Below are positions 1 to 13,892 of a stretch of DNA of 64,000 nt, piece by piece. How positions within the stretch are numbered: position 1 is the stretch's first letter; each line of letters begins with the position of its first letter. The notes under the pieces were generated by a model. It had not been told where the DNA came from, searched no databases, and saw only the letters and a list, made by a program, of their open reading frames with translations. The DNA comes from Selaginella moellendorffii (taxonomy: Eukaryota; Plantae; Lycopodiophyta): assembly GCF_000143415.4 (NCBI RefSeq), contig NW_003314267.1, positions 1,061,309-1,125,308 of the forward strand. The letters are read 5' to 3'. Position numbers and translations under genes: made by a program.

Positions 1-540
1 GTGTTGAAAGAAAATTATAAAACTTATTCATTGATCTTTAGTAGGCTAAGAGAAGTTGGCTTTAACATCCAAAGCGTGCACCTTGCATAGACATGGTCAA
101 TTGGAATGTGAATATGGTAGGTAAGATCATCACAAAAACAATCATTAATACACTTCATCCAAGCCTTATACTGATGGTTACCATTAATAATTTGGAACAT
201 TGTCCTTGCAAGCTGCTAAGTTTCAGAATGGTTAATAAGCATATTATCAAATTCAAGGGACTTCCTCTTCCAAATAGGATCCTAGCTATTCACAATCTAG
301 GGTGTGATGGTAATAATATTTATTATTCCTAGCTTGTAGAAAGAAACTAGAAACATACTAATATTTGTCACAAGGCCATTCTTTTTGAATAAACTATATA
401 TGTCCAAGTTAACATACTTGGATGCTATGTGCATAAAGTTTGTCTCAAAGTTTACTGCAAATGGTAAGAGGGGATTTTATTGATCAAGTTGGTATATATA
501 TAACTTCGCCCCCCTCGGGCTGCCGAACTACCCGGTTGAG

Positions 541-765
541 CTTGACCTCGGGCACTTTTGCAGCCTGTGGGACCAAGGTTATTTAAAAACCTTAACCCCC
601 CAAACTATGGAATTGCCTAAAGTGGCTGTCTTAAGTTCGACTTCGGGCACTTTTGTGGCTAGGGGGCCAAGGCTATTTGAATAACCTTGGCACCCTAGGC
701 TGCAAAAGTGCCCAAGATGGCTGGGAAAAATGCTTGGCTTGGCACAAAAATGCTCGAGGTCGAGC
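541..765. repeat. GC-rich fold-back repeat (direct plus inverted copies of a ~45-bp unit), possibly a subterminal region of a DNA transposon
   Basis: GGGCACTTTTGCAGCC (550-565) is the exact reverse complement of GGCTGCAAAAGTGCCC (698-713). CCAAGGTTATT (573-583) pairs with AATAACCTTGG (680-690). A second direct copy lies at ~638-679. Confidence 0.7.
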
Positions 766-1079
766 AAATGGCTGAAGTGGCCACTTGAGAAGGAGGAGAA
801 AAAAGAAAAAAAAGGCAAGAAAATGGAAGAAACTCACCTTTAGTGGCATCATTTTAGTTGTGTGCTTGATCCCACTCACTCTCAATCTTGTGCGCTGGAT
901 CTTCTCTCACATACTACTCGCTCTCTAGCCTATTGTTGGCTTTCTTGCATACTGCTGGCTTTCTCGTGCACTGCTTGATCTCTTGTGCGCTGCTCAATCT
1001 CTCATGCAAATGATCAATCACTCTGAATCTCTCGCATATTCAATTGCTCAACAACTTACAGCTCAAACATTGGCTGCTA

Positions 1080-1118
1080 CCCTAACCCTAATCCTAACGG
1101 GCTGCCCTAACCCTAACC
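1080..1118. repeat. Short interstitial telomere-like (CCCTAA)n tract
   Basis: ccctaaccctaatcctaac and ccctaaccctaacc. Confidence 0.5.
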
Positions 1119-2699
1119 AATCTTGCATCCAAGTAGTTTATTCCAAATAACTTAAATCTCGGCCGTTTGTTTCATTATTACCATATTAGTATATCATAGA
1201 TCTTATTTTATCTTATCATTATTTGTTGCCAATTTATGGTTTATTATTTTATATACTTTAATGACAATATAAGTAGCACCTGTCAATGTTTAAATTATTG
1301 GAGATATGATACTAATTTCTCCCAAAATTATAGAAAGGATGCATTCTCATCAATATTCTCATCATACATGTTTTGGATTTGTTACAAGAAATTTAGAAAG
1401 TATAAATAAGGCATGTTGCATTACCACATAAAATATGTTGTACTATATTAATTCATAAATTGGATGAATCCTTATCCATAAAATTTATTTTATGTTGTGT
1501 AAGAACCTAAACTATACACACGTGCTCTAAATGCCATTGAGTAGCATTTGCACTTAGTGTTTGTACTTATGGATAAAACTTGACTCATACTGAAAATTGA
1601 ATCTATATCATTGAAGAATTATCATTCACCTAACATTTAAGATTTGATAAATTAATAACACTTTGCATGTGTTGACAATTGGATCAGATATCTTGGATGT
1701 ACAGGCCATAGCAAAATATTATTGCTGACATCATCACTAACAATCAAACTTCATGTGCTAACAACTCTTTCTTGTATCTATGTACATTCATATATTAAAT
1801 ATCATAATAGACGACAATAACATTACAATTGTCACATTTGCATATGTTAGATATGCTGTAATAGTTATATTTATTTTGTATATTGTTGACATTCTCCTTA
1901 AATTTCAATTTATATTTTATTATGGATTTTTATAAGCAACATAAAGAGAGATAGAGAATTCCAAAACTTATAGAGAAGGATGAAGAGGTTTCTTCTAAAT
2001 TTTTGAAATCACCCACCACTTTCATTCTCTCAAAGCTTTGTTTTTGAAAAAAATATATATTGCTATTTTGACCTTCGTCTTGGCTCTATTTCGTTGGAGG
2101 TTGTGATTTGCAATAACACCGGTGTGGTTGCATGCTTGGAGTTTCTTCTTTCTAATGTGGGTGAGGGTAGACAATAGTGAGATTCGCAAAATTCCAAATC
2201 CAAGGAAATATAAGTTTTTGGATCTTCAATCAAAATCCTAAAATATACTTTAGCCAAAGTGAATATCAAACAAGAGTCAATTATCATCCTTTCCTCCTCT
2301 TCTAGTTCAAGTGGTGAATGTCAACCCTAAATTCACTAACTCTATTTTCAGCAATATTCAAAGTTATAATGCTTTCTAATTTTCCTACCTTTCAATTGAT
2401 CTATGCTTATTTTTGTACAAACCCATAAGCGAGCTTCCATCTTACTACAATGGCAACATCTTTTTGAAACTACCACTTCTTATCAAAAACACTAGTTCTA
2501 AATGGAAGGGGATGGAGACCAAGTAGGATGTCCACAATTGGTGTAAAACGAAGATCATATACTTTTAGCATTTCGAAGGCACATTGTCTATAGTTCATTG
2601 TGGCGGATATTTGGATTACGTGGATGAAGTATGCAATCGAGATCATTGTAGAAATTTCACATTTGTTGAAGGGTTTATAATCAATTTGTGAACACAATC

Positions 2700-4710
2700 C
2701 CTAAGCCCCAAAGTGAAGCCAAAAGAGGGCCATGTGGTAGTGGCCAAAACAAAAACCAAATGAGCATAACATGTTTAGACTAAAAGCTCTAACTTGGATA
2801 GTTGAGAGTGCAAGTGGATCTCTCAACAAAGTGCTCAAGGAACGAGCATGAAGCAAGCAGTAAGTGAGTCTTTAGAAAAGGGATACAAAAGAACCAATAC
2901 ATGACATATAAAAGTGTCAAGATAGAGTCTGAGATGGAGTCTGAGAAGAAGTCCAAGATGGAGTCCGAAATGGAGTTTGATATGGACCTGAGATGGACCC
3001 AAGATAGAGTCTGAGATGGAGTCCAAAATGGATTTGAGATGCACATGAGATAGAGTCCAATATGGACCTGAGATAGAGTCCGAGATTGTAGCGCACCTTA
3101 TCTCTCTCCCCATTTATTCCCCAAGGTTCCAAAGATCCACGGTGACAGTATATTCAAATCTTATCCCATGATCACATGTGCTACACTCACCCCCCCTTCA
3201 GAGATGTCAATGTTCTTATTGACTATTGACTAACAACCCCTACTAATCCTTCCATTATTACTACTTATCTACCAATCCTTCCATTGTGTAGACCAACTAT
3301 TCTATATGAGGCAACTAGTCATCCACCCATACTGTAGTCCCACAGTGGATACTTTCGTCCATGGATACTCTACACAAGAGGAAGGACGTATACATAGATG
3401 CCGAATACGTACGATTTCAAATTTAGGGGTAGGAATATACCTTGTTCAAGGGTATATTATATTTTTAAGTAGCCACTAATCAATGGGAATCAAACCCGTG
3501 CCATTTGCTCTGATACCAACTATAGCGCACCTTATATCTTTCTCCTCATAAGCCAACTGGAAAAGGGGTAATTGCTTGATGAGAGAGCCCTTAATGGCTA
3601 TTTTATCCCCATTTATTCCCCAAAGTTCCAAAGATCCATGATGATAGTATATCTAAATCTCATCCCATATTCATATGCGCTACAAAGATGGACTTAAGAT
3701 GGAATCCAAGATGGACACGAGATGGAGTCTAAGATGGAGTCCGAGCTTGAGTCCGCGAGATGGACTTGAGAAAGAGTCTGAGGGTGAGACCGAGACTGAG
3801 ATTGAGACCGAGTTTGAAACCGAGACTAAGTCTAAGTTTGAGTCCAAGTCCGAGGGTGAAAGCCCAAAATGTTCATCTCTCAGACCCTGGGGTGAGCTCC
3901 AAAAGTATAGTAGAGGGAAGACTCTAGTGGAGCTAGTTTGGCCAGGAAAGGCTAGTGTGACCAAGGAAGGATATACCCATATGATGAGTGATGATATAAT
4001 TGTTGAGGAGTCCAAGGCTAGAGTGAATATAGATAGACAAGCACGGTAGCTTAGTGAAGTGTTCAAGAGCCAACTCTAGTTCCCCTGGGAGATCGAATGG
4101 TCAATGCTCCCAAATTAAGTGTGGGTGGGCACTACCTTTCAAAATGTCATCACAAAGTCCCAGACTATGGAAAGGAAAAGGAGTAGTCCTCTAGTGTAGT
4201 GACCAAGGATATGATTATATGGTGAGGAAGTCCTAGAGGATAATGGGACTTAGTGATCGGGCCTTTGAGTCTTGACTTAGTGGTGGTATTAGTGAGCAGA
4301 GTTGTAGATAAAGAGGGACAGAAGAAGGGAGATTAAGGAAGGGTGTTTTCTATGTCTTCGGACATCCTAAATTTTCCATTCTACTTTAGTCAAGAGATAA
4401 CCACTCATGGGTAGATGGCCCAGTTCTTAAGAGACAGAACTAGGATGTAGATGGTTTTGGACTACTGATGTGATAAGGGTGAATGAACATGGCCTTAATA
4501 TAATGGGCTGATATGTTGGTGGTACCTTTGAGTGTTGGTTATGGGATCAAATATATGGAGCATTTGGACTAAGTGTAAAAGCTAAGTGGCATAGATGCTG
4601 GATGTCTTAAGTCAGAAATAGAACTTATGGAAGTCGTGAGCGAGACTCTTCTAAGTGGTTAAAGGTGTGGTTAAATGACTAAAGTAGAATGGAAAATTTA
4701 ATCATTTACA
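2700..4710. mobile_element. Solo-LTR-like repeat 'A' containing a degenerate GAGATGGAGTCC-type 12-mer array
   Basis: Ends in ...CATTTACA at 4710, with possible TSD caatc/taatc. A reverse-complement copy lies at 22628-22957 plus 30246-31300, and a terminal fragment at ~55717-55826. Confidence 0.6.
3087..3684 (-). mobile_element. TRIM (miniature non-autonomous LTR retrotransposon) inserted in repeat A
   Basis: LTRs at 3087-3185 (internally deleted) and 3521-3684, termini TGTAGCGCA...TGCGCTACA. iMet PBS as reverse complement GCTCTGATACCA at 3507-3518, PPT as CTCACCCCCCC at 3186, TSD gagat/aagat. Confidence 0.9.
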
Positions 4711-7700
4711 TAATCCTCCTACCCATGACACTATTATTATTGGATTCAAGTGTCAATTTTGCAAGAATGCTCCTCTGTGTTGTGCCATTTGTGATGCCAA
4801 AATGTATTACTTTCTTTCTTGGGATGGAATGGCTGAAAGAGCTATAATACATGTTAGTACATAATGTAAAAAGGGATATAAAAGAGTTATCTCAACCATT
4901 TTAAAAATGTTATGTAGGAAAAAACTATGAGAAACTCATTTACAACTCCAAAACATATTTAGAAGACCATCCTCAAGAATTTTATCACAAACACTTTATT
5001 CAATTTGAATTTACAAAAGACTTAACTAGATAAGGCTAGCTTGTGAGACTTATTATGAGGTATATAACCTACTACTAACCTAAGAAGGCACATTTATTAT
5101 ATTTTACATGTTATACTAATATTTTTTTTTCACATTATATTCTTTAGGATAAAATCTTGGATGTGTGAATCTCAAGAGGGGAAGTTGCAATAAAAAATTT
5201 ACTCCATCCTTAAATTGAAATGAACTTATCTGTATGAGTTTATCTATGAAAATTTATTTCCAAACCAAGTTGTCAATGAGTAGGAGTGCCTCTTCATCTT
5301 CAAGATGTCTATAATGGGCTCCACCTCTAGTGTAGATCTTGTCTTCCGAATAAATATATTTGGGTCAAGTGACCTTTCTGATGCATGGGTATAATTTGAT
5401 TATATAGAGTAGGTATTTTAATATTTACCTTCTTCATAGACTATGCTATAACTTGATAATTGTGGTAGCAAAGTTTAAAGTACAAGACTAAATTTTCTAG
5501 AAAATATTTGGAAATCTTTCTCTCATATTGTGTAGACAAGTAAGCCTACTAACTTTTGTGGTTTTATAACAGATAAAGCTAGTGAAAACTGGAATAGTGT
5601 TCGAATAGTTTTTGGGAATGGTCAACCCTTTGAAGGTTGTGAGAGGATTTATGAATTCCATTGGGCTCAAAGCCTAAACCAACACTACCACCTTATCAAG
5701 CTAAAGTTTAAATCAATATTTAAGGAGTTATGTAAATAGTGGCAAATTGCATCCTTTGAAGAGGAGCACAAGGTGAAGCCAAACAAAATCTAGATATGGT
5801 GGAGTGAAGATGGTCATATAAACATAAGTTGCTTACCTCAACTTGAGTTGTGGTTAAGGTGCTAAGAGGTTAGGATGTTTCTGTGAGGACATCATATTCT
5901 TTAGGTTGGTTTCTCTTTTTTCTTCTCTTTTAATACCTTTTAATATCACTTTTTTCATTAGGACCAACCACTTGAGGACCTTATATACAACCCAACTATG
6001 AATTTTTATGAGAATAAGCAGTAGAGTTAACATTCCTTTGAGGTAAGGAAAGGGAAGATAAATTCATATAAAGCATGTCTATCAAATCTAATATACACTA
6101 TAGAGCAGTCTTCAAAAGCATTGGCATTTGAGGAAGGAAGATACATAGGAATAAGGCCTTTTATTAAGATATTACATGATCGAATGAAGAAGAAAGTGAC
6201 TCCACCAGCCTAAAAGCTCAACTATAATTAAGGAAGTGGTCTGTGATACATCTATAGAGTACACTCCTAGGCTTTTATTAGTGATATGAAGATTGTCCAC
6301 TTGAAGTGTCACTTTTCCTTTGCTAGTAAAGATGTTGGCATAACACTTAGAGCAAAAAGCTCTTATAGACATGGTGTTGAGTACCATTTTGCTCCAAGAC
6401 ACTACCTTCGAACTAAGCCATTTCAAATGGTTAATGAAAAGAGTGCATCACAACATGTTAAAATCATTTATCATAGCTTAGAGCCAAGGCAATGAACAAT
6501 TTATTGAGTGCTAACAAAATCTAATGTAAAGTGTGTGGAAATTCTTTTAAGGGGCAAGTGTTGGGTTTAAATTTGTGGTGATAAATCTTCTTTTGTTCTA
6601 GCTCTATGTTTTTATGAGGAATGAAAGCAAGTATGATTTTCGAGATGGTGCTAGTTGTATTGTTACAATGCTAATGCTAACCATATAAAGCAGCTTGAAG
6701 ATACTATAGTGACAAAATCTAATGCAATACCTAAAAAATGGCTAGTTGCTAACAAAGTTGTAGTTACTTCGGATGAAATTGAAAACTTTGAGAAATCTAG
6801 TTTCAATCTTGAAAGGAGAGTTGGACATGATTGACAAAACTAACATTATTTCCACAAAGATGCATAAGAGGCTTACAAGAAAAGGTAAAGTAGTTAAATT
6901 TATTAATACCATTTCCAAATAGAAGTTTAGCTCAAACGCTTGAGTGTGAGATTCTCTCTAGATTGCAAATGAGTATATAGTCAAAACAAGGTGGAAAGTA
7001 CACAATTATCATTTAAAACTTTCCTTCTTACACATGCCTCGACTTTATGAAGCGTGAGGACATGGGAAGGCATATACTCCTTACAAGTATATATATTACA
7101 TCTTCATGAACACTTTATATCAAGATTCTAAAGTGGACATTCATATACACTAGACAAACCTTACTATTACTGAATTGTATAAAACTTTTAGAGTTACTAT
7201 ATTTGCCAAAACTATCAATATTTATTCTCTATCAATAATATAAACTTAGTATACTTTATATAACTAGCATTTCTATTTTTGCCATATTAAAAAATATTTT
7301 ATGGTAGTTTGTCAGATCCATATATCTATGAAATAAAATTCCACAAGTTTTTCCACAACCACAAACTATGGATCACAATCTTAAAATTTATAAATCTTTA
7401 TAGATCTTTAAGATCCATAAATTTTATGACAAACCATTCAAGATTATATTTTAGAGAAGAACTAAGTCTTTCTTTGATATATAATAAGCTTATATCAATA
7501 GTTGTTTTTTTCCTTTCAAACAGTTACATGGATTTGCATAGAATTTTATTTTAATTTTAATAAATTTTAAAATTTGAAAAATCTAACATTTACTGGCAGT
7601 ACAGATTTAAGAAAGTGATAAGATTACTTTTTCTACAAACAAATCTTATCTTATTTTATGTTTTAACAAACATCCTTATTATAGCATATAGTAAATATAT

Positions 7701-10699
7701 AAATTGTTAGAATAAGATGTGTTCTTTAGAACATTTTTATCTATATAATGTTTAAAGAGTTATAAAAATATTAGGTTCACCATAACCTTGTTATTTTGAA
7801 GTTTATAATATTTATATTAAACTACAATTGAAAATTGAGCTCAACTTGCGAGCTCAACTCCTTAGCTTGTGAGCTCAAGAATGATCTATACTTTGATATA
7901 GCAAGAATCCATGACCTTGACATATTAGAAAAAAATGCTATAATGCCTCAAGAAAGCAAATACTACAAAAGATATGTCTATAAAGGTTGTATAGAGTGTA
8001 TGATGTTTCTTCAAGTTTGAAAACTTTGGTATATTAAGGAAAATTAGAAGTTACAATCTAAGCAAAGGTTGAAGCTGAAAAGAACCACCAAGCTTCCAAA
8101 GCCAAACTATTAAGCAAGAGCCAAAGTTGGGCATTTGACATAACAAAATAAAAAGATAAATAAATGAGAGAAGATTGTTGTACTAAAAAATTACAATAGG
8201 GGAAGCTAAACAAAGTCACTAAAAGTAGTTAAAGGCAAAAACTTGGAGCTTGGGGGGTTCCTTAACTTAGGAATCCTTTCATTTTTTTTAATCCACCTAG
8301 ATACTATCCCACAACCTAAGAATAACATTAAAAGAAGAAGATGAAAAAGGGCAGTCATTAGTTGCCTCAGTTGACCCCTTTTCATTATCACTATAGATGC
8401 CCTAAAGTGGTATTTGCACAAATGCAAGAACTTTCTAGAAAGATGCACTTAAAGGAGTTCCTAAATGGAAATTAAAACCCAAAGAATGAAAGTATGGTTT
8501 GGTGATGGGATAAGAAACTTAGATCCAGGAGAAAACACTCAAAAATCACTTCAAAAGTAGCTGCGATACATGAGTTTCTGTCAAAAAGAGGAGAAAACAA
8601 AAAAAAAGCTCTTTTGTGAAGGAGAAATAAGGAAAAAAGATGAAAAGAGCACATTTTTGCAATCCTAACAAATAGTGGTTAATGTCGCAATAAGAACCCA
8701 TGAAGGAAAATCTATGATTTGGAAAAGAATCTCTCAAGAATTCTCTCTTTCTTTCTAAGATATGATTCTACAATGGATTTTCATAAAGAACTTTAGCTCA
8801 TAGAATTATTCAAGATTGAACTCACTGGGAAGCACTCAATATAATATATAACCCTAAAAAAAGAAAATATAGAAAATAGTGATAAATCACATAAAAAATA
8901 ACTCGAGAGTCTTGGTTTAGGGTTTCTAGACACAACTATGATGAAAGAACATTACCTGCCTTGATCCATGCAATATTTAGGGTAAGCCATATATCTAAAA
9001 AAAGTTGAGAAAGAGATCTATGTTAAATTGTGAGTCATTACAATCTCTAAATAAGTAAGTACTTTTCATGCTTTTTTTTTCTATCTATCAATTTTCCTTT
9101 ATGTGTTTTTTTAGGAAAGCCTTCTCAAAAGTGGTCAAAAGTCATCTATAAGACATATACAATATTAATAAGCTTTTGAGAAAATGTATATTTCCATAGA
9201 TAACCTATAGCTTTAACATTGACTAAGAACTTTTTAGCAAAATATGGATTATGGATTCCTATAATAAAGTTGTAATAGCAAAAGAAGTAAATTGCCAATA
9301 TATAAGTGGTATGACTTTTCCCTTTTATGGTGATGTATGATTTAATAGTGCATTCTCTAGGTTTCTAAAGTGGCTTCATGAGAAAAAAAAAGTTCTCACA
9401 TTCTACGTGATGTTATAGACTTTTAGTGTTGCATTGTTACAGTTAGTGGCCAAGATCCTTAAGATTCCATAGTTTGGAGGCAAACTTCCTAAAATATTTT
9501 ATCTGTAATATTCTGGTCTAAGAGAAAATTCTTCTCAAATATTTATGCATTGTCAACAAGCATATATAAAACTGTGAGAGTTCTTGGGAGAGAAAAAAGA
9601 GGCTTATTTACTTCTACAGCTTATAAAGAAGAGCATTAAGGTTGAAATTCAACAAATGGCAACTTCTATGGAATGTTATTTTTCTATGTTAGAACAAAGT
9701 TATAAATCCTTCATATTGTAGAGATCTAGTGGCAAAAGAGCCAATCTAGAGTGTTCTTCTTCTCCATAGAGCTTATATTTGATTTAGGGATTTTGTTGAT
9801 TTTTTTTAATTTTGTTTTGTAGCTTGTATTAACAATCACTATAATGCCATTTCTTGCAACATAAAGCACCAATTCTCTTATTGTTTCTTTCATTTGATTA
9901 CTTCTAGCTCTTGGTAGAAGCTCTTGCATCATTTGTTGGATGGTTCTTCATAAAAATTCCAAAAAAAAATTATAAATTGTCAAACTTCAAATAATAAATG
10001 ATATTGTTTGCCCAAAGCCCCTAAAGCCCACACTCACTGTCACTTGTTCGTGCCCTCACACTATTAATGATCTTTTTGTTAGTTGCTCAATGCCTTTGCT
10101 AGTGCCTCCCTTGCTCATATAGTAATCACCACCCTCATTTGCCACTTAGTGCCTCACTTCAAACCCTTTACAACATGTTCATGCCTCTCTTGTTCACATG
10201 ATGATCATTACTACTAGGGCCTCATTCCAAACCCTGTAATGCTTGGTAGTGCCACTTCCCATTCAAAGATTAAACTCAAACCCTCAAACCTAGCTTTTCA
10301 ATGATTGTTGCCTAAATGGCACACCTAAACCCTAATTATCAATTCATTATACTCATGTAGTGATCACTACCTAATAAAAACCCCGACTATCAATTGTGAT
10401 CACTACCAGCCCAACAAACCTTGATCTTGAAAAATCTTTATAAGATACATAATTCAAAAATTCCCGCTCAAACCAATAATTCTTAAGTCATGTTAACTAA
10501 CTTGAAATGTAACCCAAAAGTAGCAAAAGATGTGAATACCTATTTCATAATTTCACCTTAAAATACTAAAACAATGGAGAAAAAACCCAAAGGTGGTGTC
10601 AAAACTATCTAATCAAAGGTGGCCTAAGAGCCACACTACCAAATCTGTTAGTTGGCTAAAAGAATTACACCATATGTTGAGATTAATATTTAGCAATTT

Positions 10700-11050
10700 A
10701 TTTTGGTCCGATTGGGTTAGACCTAAGAGGTAGGGTGTCAAGAGAGCAAAACTCTTGGGATAGCTATAGAACTTGAAGACATAGCTGAGTTACTTGACAA
10801 CCTTCTACTCCAACCTAGGCAAAAATACAATATAATAATTTTACAAGGGCATGAACTTGTAAGGAAATGTAATGGATTGTAAATAACCAAAAAGAACAAC
10901 TTTAAAAACTGATCTATAGAGTTTAAATATAAGGAGAAAGTGCACTTCTTTTTTTAATTGGTTAAAAAATTTAAGATACTTGAGGTTAAACATCCTTATG
11001 TAAGAGTAGTACTGTGTTAGATGACCTCCCGAGATGTCTAAATTCAAAAG
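10700..11050 (+). mobile_element. Decayed, truncated Cassandra TRIM (internal region plus one LTR with 5S rRNA-like segment)
   Basis: LTR from ~10878 (tgtaaataacc). The segment gaggttaaacatcc...gagtagtactgtgttagatgacctcccgagatgtc resembles 5S rRNA. The region aligns by eye with the reverse complement of 60511-60910. Confidence 0.75.
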
Positions 11051-13049
11051 ATATCTCCTTTTAACCATTTCTTAGCATCTTTAGGATGTAAATCTAGAAC
11101 ACTGTCCTCAAATTCTTCCCCCCAAATTCTCCAATCATGATAGTGCTCACTAACACTACCATTAGGTTAGGGCCTAAAAGTTCATCCACCTCTAGAGCCC
11201 TATACAAGCCTTGTGGGTACTCTCCCCACCTTCCACCACCAAAGTGCCTTAACCACATGGCTAAAATGAGGTTTTAATGAGCCATATAAGGTATCTAACA
11301 CTACCACTAGATTAAGGCTCAAAAGCTTGTCCACTTCCAAAGCAATATGCAAGCTTTATAGGTACTCTCCCTATCTTTCATCGATAAACAAGCTCTTAAG
11401 TACAATCATTAGGAGAATATCTAAGGTAGTTGACCAAATAATAGAATTTGTGATATTAATTCTTAAGTCAAGTATAGTAACAACCTCAAACTCTTGCTCA
11501 CCAATAATAACCTTGGTGGAATATGAGTGGGATTAAAAGGGGTGTGATAAAGTGTCAATAAAGAAACACAAAAAACTAAATGCAGACCCATAAATGGTGG
11601 AAAATTGAGTTGATAATTGACCTCAAAGAAGTAAGAAAGCATAAAAAAAGGAGCAAAATATTGATAATCTAGCTTATTGCAAAAGCATATGGTCTATTAA
11701 TAATGATAAAGAAGAATCCAATTGGAAAATAAGGACCAAGTTAGCAAGAATGTTCAATAGCTATATGGCAATGAGCAACTTGAGCATGAGAAAGGTGATG
11801 ATAAATATTTTTTTTTCAACATTTGGTCTTACAAATGATTTTATTAAATATGACTAACAAGGATAAAGGCTATAGTTAAGAGTAACATGTTGAAGAATGT
11901 TAAGAATTATTAAAATCAAACTCAATAAAAAGAAAGAAATCAACCTAATCATCTTGCTGATGGGAAATAAAGCATTGAAGATACTGCTCAAGAGTTTGAA
12001 TAGTACACTTTGATTGCCCATCATTTTGAGGAGAGTTTCTTTTTAAAAATTTTAAGAAATATTTTGTAAAGATAATGATTAGGGCAAGGATTTAGATTTC
12101 TAGTGGCTGCCATAGGTTTTACTTTCACTAGGAAATGACATAGGGATTGCTGTAAGGGAGAAGCTCTACCCAACTCTCATCGTTACACTACTACTATAGT
12201 GAGCTTAGTGTCTTTACACTAACATCTACTCTACCCCCATCATGAATCTTTATGGCCAATAGAAAGATAGATAATATAGTGAATCTTCTAAGCAAGCAAT
12301 TGCTTGGTCTACCACAACTAGTGATCTAGAGTGGAGTCTTGTTGCCAAGCTCTAGCAAATCCGGGTAAAAGAATGCCCAATCTTTTTGACATTACTTTCT
12401 CAAAGGGTATTCTAGGTGCCAAAGCTATGCCCAGTGCTTAGTCTAGGTTGATCGGTTGATTCAAGGTAAGATTTAGTCAATGGTGAATCTTGAAGATTCA
12501 AGATTGTGGCATGTATGGATTGGTGGTGTGTTTTTGAATTTTGATCAATGTGACATGGATTTTGTTAGGAATTCCCCAATTCTTGCCACATTCCTAACTC
12601 TCGCTCATTCATGATGATGACATGGTGCCTCCTCGAGCTCAGCTATATTTAGGCCGTCCTCAATCCAAGAGTGGTGGAGCTTCATCAACCTATAGTATAT
12701 ATAGATTAGCCTTGTTCCATTTCTCCACAATCTGAATCAATGCCAGTCTAAGGCCTTTTCTTCGTCTCCACTAGTTTTTCTCTGTCTTTTGCGTTTTCCA
12801 GTCTTGATCTTGTTGGGGGTCTTGACAGTTTGATTCAGATTGTGCTTTTTGATTTTGCTTTAGCTCGTTTTGATTGTTTGATTGCCTTTGCCTTTTTCCC
12901 CCTTTTCTTTCTTCTTTGTTGATGGAGTCTCCAAGCCATCCTAATCCCTTCGCCGAAGTCCTTGCAAAAATCGAATCTGAGAATACCGAGCTGAAGGTGG
13001 CCCTCCTTCACATGCAATAGGAGCTTGCTTCACTTTCAGCTCAAGGATC

Positions 13050-13892
13050 AAGCAAAGTTCCTGAACTGAAGGTGAGTTTCTCGGTGAAGTTCTCAGGCAA
13101 GCATTTGAAGCTTTGCAGATTCCTGAACCAAATGGAGCTGATCTTCACACTTCAACATTGATGGTACCCCACTCTTGAGTCTCAAATCGGTGCAATCAGG
13201 ACATTGCTTGAAGGTGCAACTTTGTCATGGTTTTCTCCTCTTCTGGAGAAGAGCATGAAAGGGGCCGTGGTTTCGGAGCTAATGGATTTTCAGTTGTTCA
13301 AAGAGAAGCTTGAAGCACATTTTGGCGAGATGGATTGGGTTTGGGCTGCCACCACAAAGATGAGATGTCTCTCTCAGGGGTCTCGTCCTACCTTGATCTA
13401 TGTTGTAGAGTTCCAACTCCTTGCCTTGGACACTCAGTGAGATGAGTAGGCCCTGATTGATCAATTTTGTTTTGGCCTCAATAACAATGTCAAGGATTTG
13501 TTGCTCACCATGGAGGATCTACAGACCTATCGGATGCCATCAACAAAGTTGTTTAATGTGAAAATCATCTCTTTGAACGTCGTCAAGAAAGTCATCGCAC
13601 CGCCATTTTCCCATCCTAGACTCAAGAATCCCAGCTTGAGTCTTCAGGACATACTCCTGAACCTATTGCTCCCGTCCCAATGGATATTTCTGGTACTCCC
13701 CGACTTATCAGAGGGAAGTTGAGTCCTACTAAGAAGCAACGTCGAGTATCTCAAAATCTTTGCCTCTACTGTGTAGATTCTAATCACAAAGCAACTGTGT
13801 GTCCTAAGAAGCCTCCCTGACTACTCAAGTTCACTCTGCCTCAAGGTCCATCTCTGTTGTAGTCGGGAAATGACCCTGTCCAAACAGAGTAG
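13050..13892 (+). pseudogene. gag remnant with CCHC zinc knuckle
   Basis: LLEGATLSWFSPLLE...FKEKLEAHFGE, and CLYCVDSNHKATVC (CX2CX4HX4C) from 13761. Contains multiple stops. Confidence 0.85.

Larger units (their letters stand above)
2350..6500 (+). pseudogene. Decayed Mutator-like (MULE) transposase, split by the 2700-4710 insertion
   Basis: Stop- and frameshift-ridden translations: MEGMETK*DVHNWCKT (~2502), CQFCKNAPLCCAICDAKMYY (~4752), FCGFITDKASENWNSVRIVFGNGQPFEGCERIYEFHWAQSL (~5554-5680). The last resembles the D...NWNA.R.VFG...CEFHW.QS core of MULE DDE transposases. Family call is from recalled motifs only. Confidence 0.5.

Noticed and set aside
2918-3860. Regularly spaced short repeats resembling a CRISPR array
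   Set aside because: Degenerate head-to-tail units with no unique spacers, no cas genes, and a eukaryotic context.
3675-4066. 124-aa and 128-aa ORFs on both strands (also 2789-3132 and 30873-31300)
   Set aside because: By-products of the stop-poor 12-mer GAGATGGAGTCC array; low complexity with no domain.
9420-9660. Diverged similarity to ~19960-20160
   Set aside because: Probably an old repeat remnant; I could not define ends, a frame or a family.
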